A stretch of DNA of 64,000 bases, from assembly GCA_049325595.1 (NCBI GenBank), contig JBMOLF010000010.1, positions 1-64,000 of the forward strand. Direction: 5' to 3'. Within the stretch, counting starts at the first letter, position 1; each line of letters opens with the position of its first letter. Both the position numbers and the translations under genes were made by a program. Shown here piece after piece: positions 9,923 through 18,635 of the stretch. The notes beneath the pieces are model-generated. The model worked only from the letters and a program-made list of their open reading frames with translations, did not search any database and was not told the DNA's origin. This DNA comes from Candidatus Babelota bacterium. GTDB lineage: Bacteria > Babelota > Babeliae > Babelales > Vermiphilaceae.

Positions 9923-11542
9923 TTGTTAGGAAAAATTGAAACGCGCGTAGGATTGTTTGTATTAGGCGCGCTGATAGTATTTGCATACATGGGTTTTCAA
10001 GTTGGCGCATTTCGTTTTGATCGCTCACGGTATAATCAATACACCATGTATTTTAAAGATGTTTCTGGATTGTCACGTAAAGCAGATGTTAAAATTGCCG
10101 GGGTAAAAGTGGGATGGGTGGAAAATATAACTCTTGTTCCCGATGCTTATAACCCTGTAGAAGCGCATGTTATGGTTATGCGTGATTATAAGCTTTACTC
10201 TGATTCTCATGCTATTGTTCGGCAAGATGGCCTTTTGGGACCAAAATATTTAGAAGTAATTCCCGGTGATCCACTGCAGCCCACTCTTGCTTCGGGAGAT
10301 ATTGTAGCACAACCAAGCACCGCACAAGTTTCGGTTGATGAACTCATGCAACAATTTAAACGTATTGCACATAATGTTGAGCTGGTAACTGACTCATTAC
10401 GCAATACAATTGGTGGCAACGAAGGCGCTCAGCAACTTAAAATAATTATGAATAATATTCAAGAAGCCTCATCAAAAATGGCGTCGTTTATGCATGTGCT
10501 TGAAGGCTCAATTAACCGGAATGAGCAAAAATTAGATAGCTTGTTTGAAATTGGTGAACATGTGCGAAATCTATCAGAAAAACTTCAAAATGAGGTATTG
10601 CCTGCGTTTACCGATGGGGTGCAAAAAATATCAAGTACCTTCGATCAAGATTTTCGATCTGTAGCGGGAAAAGTTGAAGCAACGGCACAAGCATTAGAAG
10701 AAGCATCGGTGCAAGTACGTGATGGATTTAGAAATATTACTTCTGTTGTGCAGAAAATCGATGAAGGTAAAGGTCTTGTTGGTAAGCTTATCAATGAAGA
10801 AGAAACCTACCGAGATCTTAAAGTTGCCGTTAATGGTATAAAAAATTATTTTGCCAAAGTTGATACCTTGCAAATTGTATTCGATGCCCACTCTGAGGCC
10901 ATGTATCGACCAGCAGAAACCTATCGCTATGAAGATAATAAAGGATATTTTGACATTCGCATTCATCCAACCGAAGACCGCTTTTACATTTTACAATTAG
11001 CATCATCTGAAAAAGGGTATTACTCACGTGAAGTAATCGAGCGTGAATATTTTGATCGCAAAGGTAATTTAATACCGGAAGCAGAATTGCGGCAAACGTT
11101 TGATACCAAACAATTTTTCCGCGAAGATATCACCAGAAAACAACGCTACACCTATAAAGTGGGTATTCAATTTGGAAAAATCTTCAATCGCGTAGCAGTT
11201 CGGTTTGGGTTGTTTGAAAACACGCCAGGAGTAGGAGTCGATTTTGATATTCCATTGGGTACTAACAAAGCTCGCTGGGTAACCACCTTTGAAATTTTTG
11301 AAATGAATGGATGGAACCGCCAAGATGACCGCCGTCCTCATTTAAAGTGGCTTAACCGTATTTTTGCCTTACGCAATGTATATCTCACCTTTGGAGCAGA
11401 TGACTTTGTAAGTAAACGCAATGCAAACGGATTTGTAGGATTTGGGTTACGCTTTGGTGACGATGACTTTAAATACTTGATTTCAAGTTTCTCATGGGTA
11501 TTTAATAGCATCAATGGCTGTGGTTCAACCATAAGTGCGTAG
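9923..11542 (+). CDS. MCE/MlaD-family protein with helical stalk and C-terminal beta-barrel-like region
   Basis: ETRVGLFV TM segment; F.DVSGL...ADVKIAGVKVG.V; GLLGPKYLE; GKGLVGKLI; amphipathic aromatic strands near the C-terminus. Confidence 0.85.
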   Translation: MLGKIETRVGLFVLGALIVFAYMGFQVGAFRFDRSRYNQYTMYFKDVSGLSRKADVKIAGVKVGWVENITLVPDAYNPVEAHVMVMRDYKLYSDSHAIVRQDGLLGPKYLEVIPGDPLQPTLASGDIVAQPSTAQVSVDELMQQFKRIAHNVELVTDSLRNTIGGNEGAQQLKIIMNNIQEASSKMASFMHVLEGSINRNEQKLDSLFEIGEHVRNLSEKLQNEVLPAFTDGVQKISSTFDQDFRSVAGKVEATAQALEEASVQVRDGFRNITSVVQKIDEGKGLVGKLINEEETYRDLKVAVNGIKNYFAKVDTLQIVFDAHSEAMYRPAETYRYEDNKGYFDIRIHPTEDRFYILQLASSEKGYYSREVIEREYFDRKGNLIPEAELRQTFDTKQFFREDITRKQRYTYKVGIQFGKIFNRVAVRFGLFENTPGVGVDFDIPLGTNKARWVTTFEIFEMNGWNRQDDRRPHLKWLNRIFALRNVYLTFGADDFVSKRNANGFVGFGLRFGDDDFKYLISSFSWVFNSINGCGSTISA

Positions 11543-11559
11543 TATTAAAAAGGAAGAAG

Positions 11560-11910
11560 ATGAGCAAAAATAGATTAATTTACATAGTACTGGTTTTGTT
11601 TGCAGCTAATAATTGTCAATTTTTACATTCAACTGATATTAAAGAGTGGTTATATGAACATCGCTACGCAGTTGTTGGCACTGCATGTGCGACAACTGTT
11701 TTGGTTTGCTCGTATGTGAGAATGTCAAAGCTAAAGCAAAAACAAATGCAATCAATACAAGAGCCAGAAGCGAAAGCGGTAACACAGCCAAAACCGGTTA
11801 CTGATGAGAATAAAATTTTATTATTGTTACCATCAGATACTATTACGCTCGATGTTATTGCAGAAAAACAAAAGCTTCTTAAAGAAAAGATGCAGATACC
11901 CAAGGATTGA
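11560..11910 (+). CDS. Hypothetical protein, signal peptide plus one TM segment
   Basis: SD AAGGAAG; two hydrophobic segments. Confidence 0.65.
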   Translation: MSKNRLIYIVLVLFAANNCQFLHSTDIKEWLYEHRYAVVGTACATTVLVCSYVRMSKLKQKQMQSIQEPEAKAVTQPKPVTDENKILLLLPSDTITLDVIAEKQKLLKEKMQIPKD

Positions 11911-11976
11911 TAATTATTTTCGTTTCTTTATACTGTGGGGTGAACTTTTCAAAACCCTTTTAGATAAAGGAATTTT

Positions 11977-12354
11977 ATGAAAACATTAATAACGCTCAGC
12001 ATGTTGCTTTCATCTGCATTGATGTGCGCAACTCAGGTAGAAGTAAGTGTTCTTTATCAAAAAGATGCATTAAAGCATTCCAGTCAAGAAACAATAGTTT
12101 AAAAAAAAAATGAGACCGTAACTCTAACCGATTGTCCAGCACTAAAAGTTGAAATGACGCTTACTCAGGAAATAGAAGAAGGTGCGGGTTTAGAATTTAA
12201 AGTATTTGAAAAAGGTGATGATAAATTAACTATATCTCTTGATCCATTTTTACTAGCCAAATGGGATGAAAAAGCGCGTGTTGAAATGGGTGCGAAAAAA
12301 GCAAATGATGAAATAATAGAGCTCTTACGTATTGAAGCATTAGCCACAAGATAA
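11977..12354 (+). pseudogene. Signal-peptide protein interrupted by an in-frame TAA at 12100-12102
   Basis: ATG 11977 with SD AAAGGA reads MKTLITLSMLLSSALMCATQVEV...ETIV*KKNETV.... It continues in the same frame into ORF 12154-12354. The stop sits at a T3/A10 homopolymer junction. Confidence 0.7.
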
Positions 12355-12375
12355 TTTAAACTCGTGATTAAAAGG

Positions 12376-12400
12376 GGCGCTTATAAAAAGCGCCTTGTTT
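12376..12400. terminator. Intrinsic terminator hairpin between convergent genes
   Basis: ggcgctt-ataaa-aagcgcc followed by ttgttt. Confidence 0.6.
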
Positions 12401-12404
12401 AATC

Positions 12405-13142
12405 TTAAAAATTCTTAAATTTAGTTACCCATTTTTCAATACGCTTTTCTACTATATCCCAATTAATATTTTTCCATAAAGTATCAAGATATTGTGCGCG
12501 GTTAATACCAAAATCAATCATATAGGCATGCTCATATACATCTACAATTAAAAGCGGCAATACGAGCATTGGTACGGTTTCGTTATGGGCATCTAACAAA
12601 TAATTATATACTTTGCCATCATCAATGTTAAAGCACATAATTGCCCAACCGCGTGAGCACCCTGCGGTTTCTAGTAAATCTTTTTTAAATGCATCTAATG
12701 AGCCAAAATTTTCTTTAATTAATTGCAAGGTCTTTTTACCCGGTTTAGTGCCGCTGCCAAGGCCCTCAAAATATAATTCATGTAACACTGAACCATTAAG
12801 TGCAAATGTTTCAGCAACTTTTAATGCGCGGAATGGAGAATAGGTAATGCCGGCACTATCTTTGCGATCTACGGTTTGCAGGCCATGTGCTATTTCATTT
12901 CTTTTTTTTACATAGCCTTGGTACAGCTTTTGATGCTGGTCAAGTTGATTTGAGCTAATGCCTTGTACGGTAGATAAATTAAAAGAGCGCGCTTTAAATA
13001 ACTCAGGTACTTTTGTAGCAGGTTTTGGTAACTCTTTTACCAGTTGATCCATTTGGACCCCTAATTCAAGTTCTTTGGTATCTTGCGCGATGGTTGATAA
13101 TGAAAAAATAAATAATAATGAATTATAAAAAATATATTTCAT
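12405..13142 (-). CDS. sod: Fe/Mn superoxide dismutase with N-terminal signal peptide
   Basis: HQKLYQGYV, LHELYF, FGS, GW and DVYEHAY motifs; leader MKYIFYNSLLFIFSLSTIA. Confidence 0.88.
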   Translation of the reverse strand: MKYIFYNSLLFIFSLSTIAQDTKELELGVQMDQLVKELPKPATKVPELFKARSFNLSTVQGISSNQLDQHQKLYQGYVKKRNEIAHGLQTVDRKDSAGITYSPFRALKVAETFALNGSVLHELYFEGLGSGTKPGKKTLQLIKENFGSLDAFKKDLLETAGCSRGWAIMCFNIDDGKVYNYLLDAHNETVPMLVLPLLIVDVYEHAYMIDFGINRAQYLDTLWKNINWDIVEKRIEKWVTKFKNF

Positions 13143-13246
13143 ACTACTCCTTTTTTATGAACTGTTCTGCAATCTAGCCTAAGCTTAGAATATATTGCAG
13201 TTTGCGCATAGCCTTAGTTAATATCATCTGCGAAAAGGAGTGTGAT

Positions 13247-13678
13247 ATGCCTGAAATGCTTCAATTTTTGTTAAGTGGTTTTTTTCTGAGCTTTTCTTTT
13301 GTGGTTAATTATGTACCCATCAATATTTTAACGATGTCACTTATTGTTTGTTTTTTAGAGCGGGTGAGTTTTTTAAAAAGTATGGGTATATCATCGCTCG
13401 TTGTAATTGTTGCCTATAGCTTTATTTGGTTAAGCGAAGCAATTTTTTCGTTATATTATCCTGTTTCTTTAGCACAAGTAAGTAAAGTTGTGGAAAATAC
13501 TAATTTGCTTATTTATCTTATTTGTCTACATGCCTTTGGTTACTGTTTTGCTCAAAGTTATTTATTGAAACTCATAAAAAATAATGGAAGTTCGTATGCG
13601 CGTTTATTAGGAATAGCTACTGCAAGTAATGTTATTGCAGTGACGGTATTATTAGTCTTGTACTATAAAATATTGTAA
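13247..13678 (+). CDS. Four-TM membrane protein (start ATG 13247)
   Basis: SD AAGGAG before 13247; hydrophobic segments; layout similar to the next gene. Confidence 0.65.
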   Translation: MPEMLQFLLSGFFLSFSFVVNYVPINILTMSLIVCFLERVSFLKSMGISSLVVIVAYSFIWLSEAIFSLYYPVSLAQVSKVVENTNLLIYLICLHAFGYCFAQSYLLKLIKNNGSSYARLLGIATASNVIAVTVLLVLYYKIL

Positions 13679-13690
13679 AAGAGGTGGTGT

Positions 13691-14128
13691 ATGTTGAGCT
13701 CAATTAGCTATTTTTTATTATCTCAATGGTTATGGAATATTACCTGGGGAATATACCACATACCGCTGAATATCTTTTTCATGTATGTTTTGTTGCGTAT
13801 TACTCATCATGCTCCTAAATTGCATCTTTTCCTTTTAACGTTTAGTGCCAATATTTTTTCATTTATTGTGTATTCAGCTTTTGTAGTTGGGGTACTTATT
13901 TTTGGATGTGGAATACAATATTTTCCCCATCAATGCCCTGTTATGTCTTCCATTACACGTCTTCAGGCAAGTTTGTTTATGGGAGTAATTTATTCAATAA
14001 TTCAAAGTGGTTTTTTCTTATTTGTTCCACGCAAGTATTCAATTTATTGGGTACATGCGCTGGGATTTGCCATTTTAAGCAATTTGCTTGCGGGAATGAT
14101 GGTGTATAAAATGCTGCCAAGTTATTAA
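13691..14128 (+). CDS. Four-TM membrane protein
   Basis: SD GAGGTG; hydrophobic segments. Confidence 0.7.
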   Translation: MLSSISYFLLSQWLWNITWGIYHIPLNIFFMYVLLRITHHAPKLHLFLLTFSANIFSFIVYSAFVVGVLIFGCGIQYFPHQCPVMSSITRLQASLFMGVIYSIIQSGFFLFVPRKYSIYWVHALGFAILSNLLAGMMVYKMLPSY

Positions 14129-15204
14129 ACATCAATAGTATATCGTTGACCACATTTGATAAATCTTAAATATTTTTGTTTATCTGAGACACAGTGGTTC
14201 CATGCTGTAGTAAGGTGTTTGATCGGATCGGTAAATGAATCGCAGCCAAGTTTAAAGGTTCCCCAATGCATAGGGACCATTTGTTTAGCACCAATATCAA
14301 GAAAAGCCTTTACTGATTCATAAGCATCAACATGAGAGTGTTTGGTTAGATTTCGCGGTTCACATGGCCCTATAGGCATAAATGCGATATCGATAGCGGG
14401 GAACCCTTGAACAATAGCATCAAAATATTCTTTGTTGTATGCAGTATCTCCAGCAAAGTATAAAATATTTCGATTATTATCTTGTATAATCCATCCACCC
14501 CATAGGCTCGTATGTGCATCGGTAAGTTCACGTTGGCTCCAATGGTGTGCAGGCACAAAAGTAAACGAAATGGTTTGTGCTGGTGTATTGCTCATGCTAA
14601 AACTATAATGTTCCCACCATTCATGTTCATAAACATTGCTAAAGCCCCATTGGGTAAATGTTTTTTTCATTCCTTGGGGCACCAGACAAATAGGATTATG
14701 ATGTTTGGCAAGTTGCTTAAGGCTTGCTTTATCACAATGATCGCGATGGTTATGTGATAAAATAATAAAATGAATCGGCGGTAATTGTTCTAAAGCAATA
14801 CCCGGTTGCATAACTCTTTTATAAAGCACTGAAAGATTTCCAAAAACTGGATCAGTAAGGATATTAAAACCATTAATTTGAATTAAAAAAGTTGCATGTC
14901 CAATCCAGGTAAAGCATGGCTCTAGGCTCTGTGCTATCGGTTGTTCATAATTTTGCCAAAGATGCTTTGGGGTATCTTGGTATTTTTTTGTATTGGTTTT
15001 TGTTTTCCAAAAAATTCCTAATCCATCTAAAAAATGTTTATGGGTAGTCTCGCTTTTATTATTAAAAAAACATCCGTTTTTTATAACCGGCTTAATAGCT
15101 GCATTTTTTTTCAAGGTATGTTCTTGCATTACTATGGATGAAGAACAAAATTGAAGATTGCTCCATAGAATTAAGCTGAGCATAAAGACTTTTTTCAAAT
15201 TCAT
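14125..15204 (-). CDS. Metallo-beta-lactamase fold hydrolase, NAPE-PLD/RomA-like, with signal peptide (start ~15204)
   Basis: WIGHAT, LTDPVF, SHNHRDH (HxHxDH), PAHHWS.R, FAGDTAY and PMHWGTF motifs. Confidence 0.88.
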   Translation of the reverse strand: MNLKKVFMLSLILWSNLQFCSSSIVMQEHTLKKNAAIKPVIKNGCFFNNKSETTHKHFLDGLGIFWKTKTNTKKYQDTPKHLWQNYEQPIAQSLEPCFTWIGHATFLIQINGFNILTDPVFGNLSVLYKRVMQPGIALEQLPPIHFIILSHNHRDHCDKASLKQLAKHHNPICLVPQGMKKTFTQWGFSNVYEHEWWEHYSFSMSNTPAQTISFTFVPAHHWSQRELTDAHTSLWGGWIIQDNNRNILYFAGDTAYNKEYFDAIVQGFPAIDIAFMPIGPCEPRNLTKHSHVDAYESVKAFLDIGAKQMVPMHWGTFKLGCDSFTDPIKHLTTAWNHCVSDKQKYLRFIKCGQRYTIDV

Positions 15205-15215
15205 AACAAAATTCC

Positions 15216-16307
15216 TTACGATGAGGTAATAGTTACCCACGAATGAGGATTGCGAGCATTGTAAGCAGTAATCGGAAAAAGGTTATTTCCTTGCTTTGCT
15301 TGTTCTTGATCGTGTGGTAATTCATAATGTGCTAAAAAAGCATTAGCAATGTGTTGAAACACTGCCATATGTGATAATTTGCTGTGTTTGATTGTTGGAT
15401 GGCTAATTACACACACATGTAAATTTTCATTGTTTTGAAAAAGTTTAATAAATTCCTTCATCTGATGATCAGTTACTAGTAAATCGTTTTTTAAATGACC
15501 AATCAATATAGGAAGATTTTTCGGCAGTTTTTCAATGTGATGGGGCAAATCATCAGAGTGATTATAGTTGGGGAACCACCATTGCAAAAAACTGTGTAAT
15601 AAAAAATTGCCATAAGGTAACCATTTAAAATAATGTTTATGGATCACATCACTCAGGTCAGAAACAGTTGCAAAAGGTGCATCAAGAATTACGGCTTTGA
15701 TATTTTTAACCGGTTCATGAGTTAGATAATGCAAGATGGAGCGAGAGCCTTTGCAGGTGCCAATTAAAACAATTTCACAAGATTGATTTTGTCTAAGCAC
15801 TTCTTTGATAACCAGGTCTAAGCAATTACTGTCTTGGGTAAGTCCAAAGTCAAAGTTGTGCCAATCGTCAAAGTAGTCAAAACAAATCACCGGTGCTGTT
15901 ATTTTAAGATATTTTATCCAATTAGTAGCACAGATTAAGCCGCCTCCTACTCGAGGAAACTGGATAATGGAAGATGCCATTGATTGTGGCTTTGGTTGAG
16001 TGGCATAGGCATAACCACGCGAGGTGATAAATACCACTTTATCAGTAGGTAAAATATGGATACCTTGTTGTGCAGCATATATTTGGTCACCTAAAGTAAG
16101 TTGACTGTTTGAAAAACGATGGTTTTGAAGAGATTCGACTAATTGCCCCACGCTAGAGGATGTTTTTACCGGGTGATCAGCTAAAGTAATAGTGATGGGA
16201 TTCAATAGTGCCAAACTAGGAATCAAAGGCTTATGCAATAGCTTACGGGCATAAAAGCTACTGAGTAATAAAAAGATGATTCCCAGAAAAATATATTTTT
16301 TAGTCAT
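15216..16307 (-). CDS. Alpha/beta hydrolase with Cys nucleophile elbow, N-terminal signal/anchor (start ~16307)
   Basis: IVLIGTCKGS, VILDAPF, PILIGH..ND.LV and a downstream His. Confidence 0.7.
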   Translation of the reverse strand: MTKKYIFLGIIFLLLSSFYARKLLHKPLIPSLALLNPITITLADHPVKTSSSVGQLVESLQNHRFSNSQLTLGDQIYAAQQGIHILPTDKVVFITSRGYAYATQPKPQSMASSIIQFPRVGGGLICATNWIKYLKITAPVICFDYFDDWHNFDFGLTQDSNCLDLVIKEVLRQNQSCEIVLIGTCKGSRSILHYLTHEPVKNIKAVILDAPFATVSDLSDVIHKHYFKWLPYGNFLLHSFLQWWFPNYNHSDDLPHHIEKLPKNLPILIGHLKNDLLVTDHQMKEFIKLFQNNENLHVCVISHPTIKHSKLSHMAVFQHIANAFLAHYELPHDQEQAKQGNNLFPITAYNARNPHSWVTITSS

Positions 16308-16368
16308 ATGCTCACCATTATTCATGGTAGCATAAATTGCCAGAAAGTATAATATTCAATTTGTAATG

Positions 16369-17067
16369 TTAAGTCTTGATAAAATCAAGATATTTTTTGG
16401 CAATTTCGTATTTTTTCATAATCTTTTCTTGCGGTGTTTTATCTTGCCAGTGAGCAGAATATATGGGGTGAGAAAGGTCATCTTCTTGGCTAAATTCTGG
16501 TAGTCGTTTTACATATTCATAAATTGGCCCAACAATAAAAGGTGCACATTTTTTATGTTTCCATAATGAAGGGTCTAAACAGTCTAATACGGTTTTTTTG
16601 TCGCTGTTAATGTCGGTCCATGTAGTAAGGGGTACCAAGAGTTTAATAAGACAAAGATTGGGTTTTAGTTCTGCTTCTAATAAGATCTGTAATAAATTGT
16701 TATTATTTTCATCGCGGGTGATACGTATTAATTGTTGTTCTGTATTCTTGAGGGTGAGATAATCGTTTTTCTTAGCAGCATTAATTATTTTTTCTTGTTC
16801 AGCTAATTTTTTTGCAAGATCAGTTAGCACCATATTAAATGGTTTTGTTTGTTCATTTTTAGGTGTTTTATTATTTACTTGAATTTGCGCCAAAGGTTCG
16901 GGAGTTGAGAAAGATGGGGTGGTTTTCTTATCATCGACAATTTTTTGTATTAGCAAAGAAGACTTATATTTTTTTTTGCTCTTAATAATATCGCTTAAAC
17001 TATTTTTTCTTGTGTCCATGCTGTTAGCAGGAATACCAACGAAAAATAATAACATTAAGAGTATCAT
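16369..17067 (-). CDS. Secreted degenerate ankyrin-like protein (start ATG 17067)
   Basis: SD AGAGGAG; signal peptide; AAKKND..RDENNNNLLQ..KTVLD; paralog of 17196-17864. Confidence 0.65.
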   Translation of the reverse strand: MILLMLLFFVGIPANSMDTRKNSLSDIIKSKKKYKSSLLIQKIVDDKKTTPSFSTPEPLAQIQVNNKTPKNEQTKPFNMVLTDLAKKLAEQEKIINAAKKNDYLTLKNTEQQLIRITRDENNNNLLQILLEAELKPNLCLIKLLVPLTTWTDINSDKKTVLDCLDPSLWKHKKCAPFIVGPIYEYVKRLPEFSQEDDLSHPIYSAHWQDKTPQEKIMKKYEIAKKYLDFIKT

Positions 17068-17195
17068 GTTATGCTCCTCTCTTTTATCGCTCGCCATTAA
17101 ACTCATTTTGAGCATTTGGTAGTTTACCCTCAAAAAGAATAATTGGGGAAGTAATAAATGAAAAGAAACTTATTATTAAATTATATGGTTCGCTG

Positions 17196-17864
17196 TCAAG
17201 CTGAAAAAGCTTGTGCTTGATTTGAATTAAAATAGCGTTGCACTAAAGCATATTTTAGTTTTAATGTTTCGGCATTTTTGGGTGACGTTTTAACAGATAA
17301 TATTTTTAATTCTCCAAAGGTAAGTTTGCCAATGTTAGCGCATAGAATGTGTTGGGCTAAGTAATTAAGTATGCATTCAGCGCATTCATTATATTCCGAG
17401 TTTTCAATCTCTATGTAATCAAGTGTAGTTTTATTTTGATTATTTTTATGAAAAAAATTTGTATGAGGTACTAAAAATTCTGTCAAATATACATTTGGTT
17501 TTCTTTTTCTTGAGGGAGCTAAAACTACTTGCAGCAAGTTATTCCCATCTTTATCACGGGCAGATTTTAATAATGATGGTCTTGTGTGTTCGATTGTTGC
17601 AAAATCATTATTTCTAGCCGCATCAAAAAGATGAGATCGATCAATAGTTATAGGATTACTTCCATTGGATAATCGTAAATCATATTTTTCTTCAGTAATC
17701 GGAGAATCAGATGAAAGTGAAAGTCTATTATTTTGGACAGGTTTGTGAGTAGGGTTTGCAAGGGTAATAATGTTAGACTGTGTACGGCGTGTAATCCTAT
17801 CAGTTTTATACATACACTCACTCAATGAACAGAAAAATAATGGTAAAATAAATAAAGCTAACAT
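17196..17864 (-). CDS. Secreted degenerate ankyrin-like protein
   Basis: AARNND..RDKDGNNLLQ..NKTTLD; paralog of the previous gene. Confidence 0.65.
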   Translation of the reverse strand: MLALFILPLFFCSLSECMYKTDRITRRTQSNIITLANPTHKPVQNNRLSLSSDSPITEEKYDLRLSNGSNPITIDRSHLFDAARNNDFATIEHTRPSLLKSARDKDGNNLLQVVLAPSRKRKPNVYLTEFLVPHTNFFHKNNQNKTTLDYIEIENSEYNECAECILNYLAQHILCANIGKLTFGELKILSVKTSPKNAETLKLKYALVQRYFNSNQAQAFSA

Positions 17865-17948
17865 GGCGGTTCCTTTTTGTATGTATCAACACTAAAAATC
17901 CTTATATTATAATAAATATAAAAATTACCAATATGCAAGAGGATTCAA

Positions 17949-18635
17949 TTGAAAAACGAATGTATAAAACAACAATTAATCACTTATTTATATAGTTTTA
18001 TTACGCCAAACAAACAAGAAAAAATAAAACAAATTATTAACTTGCGAACCCGTCATATAACGGTGGTGCTTGAAGATATTTTTCAACCTCATAATGCAAG
18101 TGCTATTTTGCGCTCTGTCGAATGCCAAGGGTTGCAAGATTTATATTTAGTTGAGCATCTTAATATGTTTAACCCTACCGGAGGTATTGCTAAGGGTTCT
18201 TCTTACTGGCTTGATATGCATCGCTATAAAAAAATTGAAGAATGCATGAAAGATCTAAAATCAAAAGGGTATCGCATTGTAGCTACTACACCGCATCATA
18301 ATGCTCGTTATATTCATGAACTTCCGTTAGATACTAAATGTGCACTGGTATTTGGCACTGAGCATGTGGGGCTCAGCTCATATGTTCTTAATAACGCTGA
18401 TGAGTTTGTAAAAATTCCTATGTATGGTTTTACTGAAAGTTATAATGTTTCAGTAAGCGTTGCCTTATGTATGTATGAGTTTAACGCTCGTTTGCGTAAT
18501 TCCACAATACCTTGGCAATTGTCTTATGAAGAACAATTAGATGTTCAGCTGCAATGGCTACGCCGATTAATTTCAGGCATAACAAGAATAGAGCAGGAGT
18601 GGCTTGAAAAACATGCTCCTGCTCATACATTATAA
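17949..18635 (+). CDS. trmH: tRNA (guanosine-2'-O)-methyltransferase, SpoU/TrmH family
   Basis: VLEDIFQPHNASAILRS, FGTEHVGLS and IPMYGFTESYNVSV motifs. Confidence 0.9.
   Translation: MKNECIKQQLITYLYSFITPNKQEKIKQIINLRTRHITVVLEDIFQPHNASAILRSVECQGLQDLYLVEHLNMFNPTGGIAKGSSYWLDMHRYKKIEECMKDLKSKGYRIVATTPHHNARYIHELPLDTKCALVFGTEHVGLSSYVLNNADEFVKIPMYGFTESYNVSVSVALCMYEFNARLRNSTIPWQLSYEEQLDVQLQWLRRLISGITRIEQEWLEKHAPAHTL

Noticed and set aside
12100..12102. Alternative genetic code or TAA readthrough
   Set aside because: Single case; all conserved genes end normally at TAA, TAG or TGA.
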